This document shows positions 29,646 through 41,646 of a stretch of DNA of 64,000 nucleotides, piece after piece (the stretch's first letter is position 1; the number at the start of each line of letters is the position of its first letter). This DNA comes from Candidatus Eiseniibacteriota bacterium. Lineage in GTDB: Bacteria > Eisenbacteria > RBG-16-71-46. Made by a program: the position numbers and the translations under genes. The stretch is from assembly GCA_963717505.1 (NCBI GenBank), contig OY970342.1:1984001-2048000 (forward strand). Reading direction: 5' to 3'. Under the pieces are notes generated by a model. It was not told the DNA's origin, did not search any database, and was given only the letters and a program-made list of their open reading frames with translations.

Positions 29646-30300
29646 CCGGCATGCTTCTCGTGCTGCTGGGCGCGTCGGTCGCCCTCGCGAGTTCCGAGCC
29701 TGCCAGCGAGCCGCAGCCGCCGGGAGCGCCCCAGTTCGCGATCCTCGAATCCATCACCGGTGCTCCCGGTGATTCGCTCGCGCAGCGCCGGTTCCACGAC
29801 GTGGTCCGTGGCGTGTTCCTCGAGCGCACCTTCGCCACCGAGCGCGAGACGCGACCGGGTCGCTACGAGGTTTCGATCCCGATCAACAACCGATTCGTGC
29901 TGCTCGAGGGCTCGGGCGGGCCGACCGATCCGCCCGCCTACCGCGTGCAGCTGTCGCTCGAGTGGCTGCCGGCCGGGCCGGGAACGCCGGCCAAGTCGTC
30001 GACCAAGAACTCGACTGCCGCCACGAAGCCCCGCCGCCGCCGCGCGCCCTGGTGAGCGTTTTCGCCCTGCCGCCGGGCGTCGATCCCGCGATCGTTCGCA
30101 TCGCCCCGGCCAGCGACACCGTGAGCTTCTTGGCGCCGGCATCTCCGGCCGACTCCATGGCGACTTCCGTGGCCCGCAATTCGGCTCTGCTCGCGCTCGA
30201 GCACCTTCATCACCTGGACGGCGAATTGCCCGAGGAGGAGCGGCTACGCACGGATCGCGCATCGAGGTCGAGTGCCGTCACCCCGATGCGCCGCGAATAG
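29642..30300 (+). CDS. Hypothetical exported protein, probably frameshifted near 30035
   Basis: Signal-like MLLVLLGASVALAS; coding-like frame to about 30030, then RALVSVFALPPG...LALEHLHH in another frame to 30300. Confidence 0.5.
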
Positions 30301-30357
30301 GGTTTACCACTCGGGCCTCGGTCCTGTAGAGTCGTCGGTTCACACATGGCCATGCCT

Positions 30358-31503
30358 ATGGAAGTCACATTCGCCGAAGAGCACCTCCAGGTTCGGGAGC
30401 TGGCCCGGCGCTTTGCCGACGAGCAGGTGGCCCCTCGGGCCCGGGACCTCGATGAGCGCGAGGAGTTCCCGCACGATCTGGTGAAGCAGATGGCCGACCT
30501 CGGATTCCTCGGGCTGCCCTATCCCGAGGAGTACGGTGGCGCCGGGCTCGACACCCTGGCCTACGCCATCACGGTCGAAGAGGTCGCCCGCGCTTGCGGC
30601 TCGACCGCGATCACGCTGGCCGCCCACGTCTCGCTCGGCTGCGGCCCGGTCGCCGCCTTCGGCACCGAGGAGCAGAAGCGCCGATTCCTGACGCCGATGG
30701 CCAAGGGCGAAGTCCTGGGCGCCTTCGGGCTGACCGAACACAACGCCGGCTCCGACGCCGCCGGCACCCAGACCCGCGCGCAAAAGACCGCGAACGGCTG
30801 GAAGGTCAACGGCTCCAAGATCTACATCACCAACGGCAGCGTGGCGAAGTACATCACGTTCACCGCGCGCACCGACGCGAGCCAGGGCACCAAGGGCATC
30901 TCGGCGTTCATCATGGACACCGCCACACCCGGCTTCCGCGTCGGCAAGAAGGAAAAGAAGATGGGCCTGCGCGGCTCGGACACGGTCGAGGTCGTGTTCG
31001 AGGACTGCATGGTTCCCCAGGACAACATGCTCGGCGAACAGAGCGGCGGGTTCGCGCAGTTCATGCGCACGCTGACCGGCGGCCGCATCTCGATCGGCGC
31101 GCTGGCCCTGGGGCTCGCCCAGGGCGCCTACGAGCACAGCCTCAAGTACTCGAAGGAGCGCAAGCAGTTCGGCCAGACGATCTCCAGCTTCCAGGCGATC
31201 CAGTTCATGCTCGCCGACATGGCCACCAAGATCGAGGCGGCCCGCCTGCTGGTCTACCAGGCCGCGCGCCTGCGCGACGCCGGGCAGGACTTCGTCAAGG
31301 AAGCGTCGATGGCCAAGCTGTTCGCCAGCGAGATGGCGAACTGGGTCACCGACAAAGCGATCCAGATCCACGGCGGCATGGGTTACTGCCGCGACGTCCC
31401 GGTCGAGCGCATGCACCGCGACGCCAAACTCATGGAAATCGGCGAGGGCACGAGCGAGATTCAACGCATGGTGATCGCGCGCGAGATCCTGCGCGGCGCC
31501 TGA
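30358..31503 (+). CDS. Acyl-CoA dehydrogenase (short/branched-chain type)
   Basis: [72 protein letters not shown]; ATGs at 30346, 30352 and 30358. Confidence 0.93.
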   Translation: MEVTFAEEHLQVRELARRFADEQVAPRARDLDEREEFPHDLVKQMADLGFLGLPYPEEYGGAGLDTLAYAITVEEVARACGSTAITLAAHVSLGCGPVAAFGTEEQKRRFLTPMAKGEVLGAFGLTEHNAGSDAAGTQTRAQKTANGWKVNGSKIYITNGSVAKYITFTARTDASQGTKGISAFIMDTATPGFRVGKKEKKMGLRGSDTVEVVFEDCMVPQDNMLGEQSGGFAQFMRTLTGGRISIGALALGLAQGAYEHSLKYSKERKQFGQTISSFQAIQFMLADMATKIEAARLLVYQAARLRDAGQDFVKEASMAKLFASEMANWVTDKAIQIHGGMGYCRDVPVERMHRDAKLMEIGEGTSEIQRMVIAREILRGA

Positions 31504-31507
31504 GACG

Positions 31508-32686
31508 ATGACGGGCATGCGTTGGGCTGCGGCATCGTCGCAGCTCTCTGACACCGGGTTCGCCGCCGACGCGGTCGCCACTGAGCTGCAGGAAGCGCTG
31601 GGACCGGGATCCGTCGACCTCGTCCTCGTCTACTTCGGCCCGGCCCACGTCGGAGCAGCCTCGACCCTGGGCGACACCTTCCGGCGCGCGCTCGATCCCG
31701 GCTGTCTGATCGCGACCAGCGCCCACGGCGTGGTCACCACCGAGCACGAGTATGAATCGGGGCCCGCGATCAGCGTTCTGGCCGCGCGGCTTCCCGGCGT
31801 CGGGCTCCATCCGTTCATCCTGACCCGCGAGACCTGGGCGCGACCGGCCCAGGACCTCGAAGAATTCGAACGCATGGCGCCGGGCGCCGTGGGAGCGGAA
31901 CTGATCGTGCTCACCAGCGATCCGTTCTCGTTGCCGATCGAGCCGGTGCTCGCGGGGTTTCACGATGCGGTGCCCGACGTGCGCATCGTCGGCGGACTGG
32001 CGAGCGCCGGCGTGCGCCCGAATTCGAACACGCTGATCCTGAACGACTGGGTGGCGCACGAGGGCGGCGTGGCGCTGGCGTTCTCGGGCGCGATCCGCGC
32101 CGACGTCGTGGTGTCGCAGGGCTGCCAGCCGGTCGGGCCACCGCTGACCGTGACCCGCTCCGATGGCAACGTCCTGGTCGAGCTGGACGGACAGCCGGCG
32201 CTCGAGCGCACCGAGCAGGTGTTGCGCGAGCTGACCGAAGCCCAGCGCGAGCAGTTGCGCCACGGGCTCTACGTGGGCCGGCCGGTGCGCACCGGCGCCG
32301 AGGGCCGCGGCGACTACCTGATTCGCAATCTGCTGGGCGCCGACCGCGACCGCGGGGTGATCGCGATCGGCGACGTGCCGTCGAGCCGCGAGCGAATTCG
32401 GTTCCACGTGCGAGACGCGAAGTCGGCGCGCGAGGACCTCGAGCTGCTGCTGTCGCCGCAGGAGTTCGACACCCGAGCGCACGCGGCACTGTTGTTCGCG
32501 TGCAACGGGCGGGGGCGAGGCCTCCACGGCCGCGCCGACGGCGACATCCGGATCATCCAGGAGGAGCTGGGCGGCAACATCCCGGCGGCCGGGATGTTCT
32601 GCGCCGGCGAAATCGGCCCGGTCGGCGGGCGCAACTTCCTGCACGGCCACACCGCGAGCCTCGCGATCCTGAGACCCAAGGGCTAG
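31508..32686 (+). CDS. FIST N/FIST C domain protein
   Basis: GGLASAG, VVSQGCQPVG, ELDGQPAL, YLIRNLLG, FHVRDA, LFACNGRG, GMFCAGEIGPVGG...HGHT. Confidence 0.9.
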   Translation: MTGMRWAAASSQLSDTGFAADAVATELQEALGPGSVDLVLVYFGPAHVGAASTLGDTFRRALDPGCLIATSAHGVVTTEHEYESGPAISVLAARLPGVGLHPFILTRETWARPAQDLEEFERMAPGAVGAELIVLTSDPFSLPIEPVLAGFHDAVPDVRIVGGLASAGVRPNSNTLILNDWVAHEGGVALAFSGAIRADVVVSQGCQPVGPPLTVTRSDGNVLVELDGQPALERTEQVLRELTEAQREQLRHGLYVGRPVRTGAEGRGDYLIRNLLGADRDRGVIAIGDVPSSRERIRFHVRDAKSAREDLELLLSPQEFDTRAHAALLFACNGRGRGLHGRADGDIRIIQEELGGNIPAAGMFCAGEIGPVGGRNFLHGHTASLAILRPKG

Positions 32687-32852
32687 AAGCTTCGCTCAGT
32701 AGGATCGGCTCGCCAGGGATGTCCGTGTGGCCGCTCGCCTCGCATCGTGCTCGTCTCGCTGAGGCCTCGGCCCGCTCCGCCATCCCTGGCTACGCGGGCC
32801 TCCGACTCGCCGCGTTGGACATCCCTGCCCTCGCCGATCCACCCGAGGCTTC
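32686..32852. repeat. Long imperfect nested inverted repeat (REP/MITE-like or structured RNA)
   Basis: ggatcggc (32702) pairs with gccgatcc (32833); cagggatgtcc (32714) with ggacatccctg (32817); alternative partner catccctggc (32781); outer gaagc/gcttc. Confidence 0.65.
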
Positions 32853-33168
32853 GCGACGGGGCGCAGAGGGGTCACCGGCGAGATGGGCTGTAGCGGAGCG
32901 GTCGCGCATCCGCACGTCGCAACACTTACACCACATGCTGCAAAGCGCCGCGGAGCGACCGGGCCCCGCCGCAGCCGGGGACCCCTCTGCGCCACAGAAG
33001 CGAGGCCAGCTAGAACCGGCGAGCGGCCGCGGAACAGCCTCGGGCGAGGTCGGCGGCGACTTCGAGCCGGCAGATCGCGCGTACGGTCTCGCGCGTGATC
33101 TCGTGCAGCGTAATGTCGCGGTCGAGTGCGGGCATGCGCGCATGCTACGCGCGCGCTACGCCCGGGCG

Positions 33169-35277
33169 CTAGAGACGGTCGTGCGCGGGCGCGGCGGCGG
33201 GTGCCGCGGTGCCGGCCGCGAGGCTGTTGCGCAGGCCTTCGACGATCCGCTCCGCCTCGCGATCCCCGGCGGCGGCGCCGCCGGCGAGTTCGAGGTAGCG
33301 CTCGAGAGCCGGCAATGCGCTTTCCGGCCGGTGCACGTGGATCAGGGTCATTCCCCAGCGTCGCCAGGCCTTCGGATCCTCAGGCGCTAGCGCGCGTGCC
33401 GCGAAGGCTTCGACCGCGGCGGTCGCGGGGTCACCGTTGGCGAGCGCCACATCGGCCAGTCGGGCGTGCATCTCGGGCAGGAACGGGTGCTCACGAACCG
33501 CGGACTCCAGAGTTTTCTGGGCATCAAGGGCGCGTCCCTCGGCCACGAGGTTGTCCGCGTCCTGGTAGACCTTGTGCGGCGAGCGCTTCCACGCCAGCCA
33601 CTCCCGCCAATTGGAATAAGTGTCGTCGAACGGCGGCGCCTGAGTCAGGAACACCGAGTCGGTCGGCGCCATGCGCAGACCGAGATTCGCCATGTGCGGT
33701 TCGGCTGAGAGTTGATGGCCGCGCGCCATTTCGACCCACGCCAGCCAGTAGCGCGACGCGCCGTCGTCCGGATTGGCGCGCAGCAGGTGGCTCAAGGCGT
33801 CACGCGCCGCATCCAGTCGTTCGGCGTACACGATGTCGACCGCCAGCTCGCGAACCTCCTCGGGCCGGCGCAGCTCGCGCAGCTGCGAGCCTTCGGCGGC
33901 GAAGAAGAAATTCGGGCCGCGCCGGGCGCGTTCCTCGGTGAACTCGGTGGCCGGGTAGGCGCGCACGGTCGGATCGCGATACGCCCAGCGCAGGATCGGA
34001 CCGTCGCCGGCCGGGAAGCCCGCGGCCTCGGAGCCCATGAAGTAGAGCGTGCTGTTCGGCGGCAGGTCGGGTCGGGCGCGCTTGAGGTTTGCGAGCATGT
34101 GCTCCTGCGCCTCGCCGGCGTGCGCGATGTAGGCGCGATTGACGTGCGAGCGCTTCTTCCAGGGGTCGCGCCAGGTCGAGAATTCCTCCGACCGTCGCAC
34201 CTGATCGGTCGTCAGCAACAGGACCGCGACTGCGAGCAACGCGGCCGGACGCGGCCCCTTCGACAGCAGCGCGCCGATCGCCAGGGCGGCGCCGCACAGC
34301 GCCAGCAGGTATTGGTACGAACTCCAGGTCGAGGCCGAGGCCGCGACCGGCAAAGCTGCGACTGCCGCCCAGAGAATGCCGACGACGAACGTGCGGCCCG
34401 GTGCGGGTCCGCGCATGCCGGCCTGGGAGCGCGCACGCCTCTCGCGTCGACTCGGCCACAGCCATGCGATGAGCGCGAGCAGGACCGGGATCGCGATCAG
34501 CAACGCGAGCGAGGGTCGCACCCACTTGGAACCGTTGATGCCCCACTCGAGGCCGATCGCCAGGTGGCCGAGATGGAACAGCGCGGGGAGGACCGCGCCC
34601 AGGCCGACCGGCGGATTCACGCCCGGGAACACAGGGCCGCGAGTGACCGCCAGCAACCAGAGAGCCCCGGCGACCACGACGGAAACCACGAGCGGCGCCG
34701 AACGCCGAATGGCCTGGACCACGTCCTCGCCCGACTTGCGATCGACCAGAATCGCGAGCACCGGTGTCACGATCGCGGTCTCTTTCGACAGGAGCGCGAG
34801 GAACAGAACGATGCCGGCGGCGACGCTGGCGCCCGCGCGATAGAGCAGGATGGTGGCGAGCGAGCAGGTCACGGCCAACAGATCCTGACTGGCGCCGGCC
34901 CAATGAGTCACGACGTCCGTGGCTTCGTGGAATCCCACCAGGGTCACCGCGATTCCCGCCGCCACCGGTCCGGCGAGCGACCACGCGATCCAGCCGAGCA
35001 GTCCGAGCGAGATCAGAAGCAGCGCCAGGTTCGCGGCATGGAAGGCCACGGCGCTGCCGCCGCCGGCGCGCGACATCAGCCAGAACCACGCTTGACGCGA
35101 GACCGGACGGTAGTAGTCGCCGAGCGGATCCGGAGTCGCGAGAGCTGCGGGCAACGACTTGCCGGCGACGTGGTCGAGGATCAGGTAATCGCTGGCGAAG
35201 AACGGCGACTTGCCGACGCCGCCTTTGACGATCACGACGGCGACCAGGATCAGGATGAGCGAGATGAGTGCCTTCAC
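33169..35277 (-). CDS. Multi-TM GT-C (TMTC/PMT-like) protein with C-terminal TPRs
   Basis: ASDY, YYRPV, FHAANLAL, LALLSKETAI; many TM segments; TPR-like APEDPKAWRRWG...ALERYLEL. Confidence 0.65.
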   Translation of the reverse strand: MKALISLILILVAVVIVKGGVGKSPFFASDYLILDHVAGKSLPAALATPDPLGDYYRPVSRQAWFWLMSRAGGGSAVAFHAANLALLLISLGLLGWIAWSLAGPVAAGIAVTLVGFHEATDVVTHWAGASQDLLAVTCSLATILLYRAGASVAAGIVLFLALLSKETAIVTPVLAILVDRKSGEDVVQAIRRSAPLVVSVVVAGALWLLAVTRGPVFPGVNPPVGLGAVLPALFHLGHLAIGLEWGINGSKWVRPSLALLIAIPVLLALIAWLWPSRRERRARSQAGMRGPAPGRTFVVGILWAAVAALPVAASASTWSSYQYLLALCGAALAIGALLSKGPRPAALLAVAVLLLTTDQVRRSEEFSTWRDPWKKRSHVNRAYIAHAGEAQEHMLANLKRARPDLPPNSTLYFMGSEAAGFPAGDGPILRWAYRDPTVRAYPATEFTEERARRGPNFFFAAEGSQLRELRRPEEVRELAVDIVYAERLDAARDALSHLLRANPDDGASRYWLAWVEMARGHQLSAEPHMANLGLRMAPTDSVFLTQAPPFDDTYSNWREWLAWKRSPHKVYQDADNLVAEGRALDAQKTLESAVREHPFLPEMHARLADVALANGDPATAAVEAFAARALAPEDPKAWRRWGMTLIHVHRPESALPALERYLELAGGAAAGDREAERIVEGLRNSLAAGTAAPAAAPAHDRL

Positions 35278-35431
35278 CCCGGGAACTATCGGGCGTTCGA
35301 GGTCCGGGGTTGAGCCAAAACCCCCATGGATCCCAATGAGCCCAGAAGAGGCCGTGGCTACGCGTGGCTCAGGGGCTCCTGTATGATCCGGCGGAAAGCG
35401 CACCCCACACCATTCATTCGAGGTGTTCCCC

Positions 35432-36622
35432 ATGGCCTATCCCGATGTTTTCATCGTGGGCGCCGCCCGCACGCCCATCGGCCGCTTCCTCGGCGCACTG
35501 GCGCCGCTCAAGGCATCCGACCTGGGCGCCATCGCGATCCGCGAGGCGATGTCGCGCGCCGGAGTCGACGGCAACCAGATCGACGAGGTCCTGATGGGCC
35601 ACGTGGTTCAGGGCGGCCAGGGCCAGGCCCCGGCGCGCCAGGCCCAGATCAAGGCCGGCATCAACCCGGCGGCCGGTGCCGTGACCATCAACAAGGTCTG
35701 TGGCTCCGGGCTCAAGGCCGTGATGATCGGCGCCCAGGCGATCAAGGCCGGCGACGCCGAGTGCATCGTGGCCGGCGGCCAGGAGAGCATGAGCACCGCT
35801 CCGCACTACCTGTTCTCGGGCCGACTCGGGCAGAAGCTCGGCGACACCACGCTCAAGGACGGGGTCGTGATGGACGGACTGTGGTGCTCGTTCAACGACT
35901 GCCACATGATCGAGCTGGCGCAGTACACGGCCGAGAAGGCCAAACTCACCCGCGAAGAACTGGATCGGTTCAGCGCCGACAGCCAGCAGAAGGCGGCGAA
36001 GGCGATTGCCGAGTGCCGGTTCTCGAAGGAGATCGCGACCGTCAGCATTCCGCAGCGCAAGGGTGACCCGATCGTGGTCAGCAAGGACGAGTCGGTGCGC
36101 GCCGACACCACCGCCGAGATCCTGGCCAAGCTGCCGGCGGTGACCAAAGACCGCGGCGGCGTGATCACCGCCGGCAATGCGCCGGGACTCAACGACGGTG
36201 GGGCGGCGTTGATCCTCATGAGCGGCGAGCGCGTGAAGCAGGCCAAGGCCAAGCCGATCGCGCGCGTGGTCGCCTACGCCACCGGCGGCGGCGAACCCAA
36301 GGACTTGTTCTTCGCGCCGATCGATGCCGTCCAGAAGCTCATGAAGAAAATGGGCGTCAAAGTCGACCACTTCGACCTGATCGAGGCCAACGAAGCGTTT
36401 GCCGCGCAGGCGGTGGCCGACGGCAAGGCGCTCGGCTGGGACTGGAGCCGGGTCAACGTCAACGGCGGCGCGATCGCGCTCGGGCACCCGATCGGCGCCT
36501 CGGGGGCGCGCGTTCTGGTGACTTTGATCCACGCGCTCGAACAGAAGGGCAAGAAAACCGGCCTCGCGACACTGTGTCTGGGCGGCGGCAACGCGGTCGC
36601 CCTGGCGGTCGAGCGGGTCTGA
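35432..36622 (+). CDS. atoB: Acetyl-CoA C-acetyltransferase (thiolase)
   Basis: ARTPIG, INKVCGSGLKA, AGGQESMS, TAGNAPGLNDG, EANEAFAAQ, NGGAIALGHPIGASG, LCLGGG. Confidence 0.93.
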   Translation: MAYPDVFIVGAARTPIGRFLGALAPLKASDLGAIAIREAMSRAGVDGNQIDEVLMGHVVQGGQGQAPARQAQIKAGINPAAGAVTINKVCGSGLKAVMIGAQAIKAGDAECIVAGGQESMSTAPHYLFSGRLGQKLGDTTLKDGVVMDGLWCSFNDCHMIELAQYTAEKAKLTREELDRFSADSQQKAAKAIAECRFSKEIATVSIPQRKGDPIVVSKDESVRADTTAEILAKLPAVTKDRGGVITAGNAPGLNDGGAALILMSGERVKQAKAKPIARVVAYATGGGEPKDLFFAPIDAVQKLMKKMGVKVDHFDLIEANEAFAAQAVADGKALGWDWSRVNVNGGAIALGHPIGASGARVLVTLIHALEQKGKKTGLATLCLGGGNAVALAVERV

Positions 36623-36647
36623 GGGCTCGGCGCCGCCCGTGGGAACC

Positions 36648-37530
<883 letters not shown>

Positions 37531-37534
37531 AAGA

Positions 37535-38733
37535 ATGAATCCCGAAACGCTGGCCGCCCCCTCCTCAGGGCTCGCCTTCGACCTGAGCGAGGACCAGCTC
37601 GCGGTCCGCCAGATGGTGCGCGAGTTCGCCGAGGCGGAGATCCGACCGATTGCCGGCGAGGATCGACGAGACCCACGAGTTCCCGGCCGAGACCACGAAG
37701 AAGATGGCCGAGCTGGGTCTGCTCGGCATGTTCGTGCCCGACGAGTGCGGTGGGGCCGGGATGGACTACCTGTCCTACGTGATCACGGTCGAGGAGCTGT
37801 CGCGGGTGTGCGCGAGCCACGGCGTGATCTGCTCGGTCAACAATTCGCTGGTGTGCTACCCGATCCTCGACCTACGGTAACGATGCTCAGAAGAAGAAGT
37901 ACCTGATTCCGCTCGCGAAGGGCGAACTCCTCGGCGCCTACTGCCTGACCGAGCCCAATGCCGGCAGCAACGCCGCCAACCAGCAGACCACGGCCGTGCT
38001 CGACGGCGACCACTACGTGCTCAACGGCACCAAGATGTTCATCACCACCGCCGGTCCGGCCAACGTGTTCGTCGTCTATGTCGCGACCGACCGGAGTCTC
38101 GGGCCCAAGGGCATCTCGGCGTTCATCGTCGACGCCGACACGCCCGGCGTGAAGAAGGGCAAGAAGGAGCTGAAGCTCGGCATTCACGCCTCGGACACGC
38201 GCGAGAGTCGCGTTCGAAGAACGCGCGGGTTCCGAAGGAGAACCTGCTGGGTGAGCTTCAACAAGGGCTACTCGGTGGCGCTGGCGACGCTTGGCGGCGG
38301 TCGCATCGGCATCGCCGCGCAGGCCCTGGGCATCGCTCAGGCCTCGCTCGAGGCCTCGGTCAAGTACGCGAACGAGCGTGAGCAGTTCGACCGCAAGATC
38401 GGCGAGTTCGACGCGATTCGCGAGATGCTGGCGAACAGCGCGGTCGAGGTCGACACCGCCCGGCTCCTCGTCTACCAGGCGGCGTGGCTGCGCGACCGCG
38501 GCCGCCCGCACATCAAGGAGGCCTCGCTCGCCAAGTGGCACGCCCGCGAGGCCGCGACCCGCTGCGCGAACTGGGCGATCCAGGTGCACGGCGGCTATGG
38601 CTATCTGTCCGAGTTCCACGTCGAGCGCTACTGGCGCGACGCGCGGATCACCGAAATCTACGAGGGCACGACCGAGGTGCAGAAGATGGTGGTCGCGGCC
38701 CAGGTGTTGAAGGAGAACCCCCTCGGCGGGTAG
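37535..38733 (+). CDS. Acyl-CoA dehydrogenase with several apparent frameshifts (about 37660, 37870, 38208-38255)
   Basis: In-order fragments FDLSEDQ..VREFAE; GGAGMDY..VEELSR; CLTEPNAGS; NGTKMFIT; [11 protein letters not shown]; IQVHGGYGY; [10 protein letters not shown]. Confidence 0.85.
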
Positions 38734-38769
38734 CCGCGCCGGGGAGCAACGACCGACACAGGAGGAGAC

Positions 38770-39154
38770 ATGACCCGACCCGTTCGCCCCGTGGCACTGG
38801 TGATCCTGACCGCATGCATGGTCTACCCCGGCGTCACGCTGCTCTTCCAGGGGCTCTATCCGTTCGTGACCTTCGAGTACTTCACCCTGCAATCGCAAGC
38901 TCGGTCCGTGGATGACGGTGGCGGCGAACCTCGGCCTGCCACCGATGGTGCCGCTGCTGATGATGGCGGGGCTCGGCGGCGCATGGGTGCTGGGCGTGCT
39001 CGGCCTGTGGGCCGGCGACTGGCGCGCCTACCCGCTGGCGCTGCTCGGGGCCGCCGGATCGTTGCTCTATCCGATCGGCCCGGCGGTCATGGGCGTGCTC
39101 GGACTGATCGTGTTGCTCGGTTTCCGCGAGAAGGCCGGGGAAGTTCCCGCGTGA
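38770..39154 (+). CDS. Small membrane protein, apparent frameshift near 38900
   Basis: AGGAG RBS; hydrophobic helices split over two frames (38770 ORF and 38912-39154 ORF). Confidence 0.55.
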
Positions 39155-39176
39155 CATCACGCGTGCATTGCGTCCC

Positions 39177-40331
39177 ATGAACTTCGATCTCTCCGCAGAC
39201 CAAATCCAGATCCGCGACGCGGTGCGCGAACTGTGCGCGAGCGAGTTCGCGCCGCACGCCGCGCGTTGGGATCGCGAGGGCGACGTTCCCGCGTCGGCGC
39301 TCGACACGCTCGCAGGGCAGGGTTTTCTCGGGATGTCGATCCCCGAGGAGTGGGGTGGCGTCGGCTACGACGCGCGCACCATCGCGCTGGTGATCGAGGA
39401 GATCGCGCGGGTGTCGGCGGCGCTCGCGATCATGATCGCGGTGCACAATTCGGTCGGTGCTCTGCCGGTGTTCCGATTCGGCACCGACGCCCAGCGCCGG
39501 CGGTACCTGCCGCGGCTGGTGTCGAAGGAGCTGGCTGCGTTCTCGCTTTCCGAGCCAGGCACAGGCTCGGACGCCGGAGCGGTGAAGACCACGGCCGAGC
39601 GATACGATGGCCACTACCTGCTCAACGGCAGCAAGAACTGGGTGACCAACGGCGCACGCGCCGGGATCTACCTGGTGTTCGCGCGCACCGATCGCGCTGC
39701 CGGCAACCGCGGCTTGACCGCGTTCCTCGTCGAGCGCGGTGCCATCGGGCTCGTGATCGGCAAGGCCGAGGACAAGATGGGCCTGCGCGGATCGGACACC
39801 GTGGCCGCTTGCGCTCGAGAACGTGCAAGTGCCGGTCGACCAGCGGCTCGGCGACGAGGGCGAGGGCTTCAAGATCGCGATGAGCATGCTCGACGCCGGC
39901 CGGATCGGCGTCGGCGCCCAGGCGCTGGGCGTGTTCGCGCGCCGCGTTCGACGAGGCCGTGCGCTACGCGCAGCAGCGGGAGGCGTTCGGCCAGCCGCTG
40001 GCCAAGATCCAGTCCGTGCAGTTCAAGCTGGCCGAGATGGAGCGCCGGCTCCAGTGCTCGCGGCTCCTGATCCAGCGCGCGGCGTGGCTGCGCGACGACA
40101 GATCGGCCCTACTCGCGCGAGGCTTCGATGGCCAAGCTCTACGCCAGCGAGGCCGCGACCTGGGTGACGCATCAGGCGATCCAGGTGCACGGCGGCTACG
40201 GCTACGTGAAGGAGTATCCGGTCGAGCGCTACTACCGCGACGCGCGCGTCATGGAGATCTACGAGGGCGCGAGTGAGATCCAGCGACTGGTGATTGCGCG
40301 CTCGCTGCTCAAGGACGGGGTGACGGTCTAA
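39177..40331 (+). CDS. Acyl-CoA dehydrogenase with apparent frameshifts (about 39808, 39938, 40100)
   Basis: [37 protein letters not shown]; [11 protein letters not shown]; REAFG; [27 protein letters not shown]. Confidence 0.85.
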
Positions 40332-40382
40332 CCCGGAGCAGTCGACCCCCGCGAACCCGGGCTGGGCCGTGCCGATACCGGG

Positions 40383-40411
40383 TTCAATGCCCGCGCCCGG
40401 GCTGCTACAAT
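40383..40411 (+). promoter_or_regulatory. Sigma70 promoter candidate (extended -10)
   Basis: TTCAAT-N17-TACAAT with TGn before the -10, 50 bp upstream of the ATG at 40461. Confidence 0.55.
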
Positions 40412-40460
40412 CCGTCCCCGCCGCAGACGGCCGCTGATCCCCAGGCCACCCGAGGAATTC

Positions 40461-41585
40461 ATGTCCAAAGTCGCCGTTCTGCGCACCTCCCCGGAAACCG
40501 TCGTCCAGGACTACGGCCGCCTGATGGACCTGGCCGGTTACCGCCAGGCCTTGCCATTCAGCTCTCAGACCTGTCTTCGAATCAATATTTCATGGCACGT
40601 GTACATGCCGGCGTGCTCGACCACGCCCTGGCAGATGCACGGCGTGATCGAGAAGCTCAAGGCCGACGGCTACGACGTCTCGCGCGACCTGATCGCCGCC
40701 CAGAACGACACCGTGGTGGTCAGCTGCCGCGAGGGCACCGAGCGCAACAACCTGGCGCCGGTGCTCGAGCACTACAAAGTGCCGATCCAGTACCTGAGCG
40801 AGCCGCCGACCGAATGGATCACGCTACACGCCCAAGTCCAAGATGCTGGTGCTCGACCGGGTGTTCGAGAAGCAGGGCATCCAGATTCCGAAGATCCTGA
40901 TGGGCAAGAACGTCGTGCATCTGCCGACGGTGAAGACCCACGTGTTCACCGGCACGACCGGAGCCATGAAGAACGCGTTCGGCGGGCTGCTGAATTTGAA
41001 TCGCCACTGGACGCATTCGGTGATTCACGAGACGTTGGTCGATCTACTCAGAATTCAGAAAGAAATTCATCCCGGAATCTTCGCGGTCATGGACGGCACG
41101 ATCGCCGGCGAAGGTCCCGGGCCCGCGCGCGATGCGACCGCACGTCAAGAACTACATCCTGGCCTCGAGCGACTGCGTCGCGATCGACGCGATCGCGGCC
41201 AAGCTCATGGGCTTCGATCCCATGAAAGACCTGAAGTTCATCCGGCTCGCGCACGAGAACGGGCTCGGCACCGGCAACCCGAGCGAGATCGAGATCGTCG
41301 GCGACGACATCAAGGGCGTGAACTTCGGCTTCCGCGGCTCGCTCGACGAGAACACGTTCGCGTCGTGGGGCCAGAAGCTCATCTACTGGGGCCCGCTCAA
41401 GCCGCTCGAGAACCTGCTGCTGCGCTCGCCGATCGTGCCGTGGAGCTACGCCGCCTCGCGGCTCTACCACGATGGCTACTGGTATCCGGTGAACGGCATG
41501 CCCCGGGTCAAGAAGATGCTCGAGACCGGGCTGGGGGAAGTTGTTCAACGAGTATGGAGCGAAGACCGCGCTGCAACGCTCCTGA
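40461..41585 (+). CDS. DUF362 domain protein with apparent frameshifts (about 40823, 41128, 41530)
   Basis: INISWH..PACSTTPWQ; HLPTVKTHVFT.TTGAMKNAFGGL; AVMDGTIAGEGPGP; ILASSDCVAIDA; ends WGKLFNEY in a shifted frame. Confidence 0.75.
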
Positions 41586-41646
41586 ATTGAAGGGCCGCAA
41601 TCCAAGCACCTGCTGGCCGCAGTCCACCTTGAAGGAGTCCGGGTCC

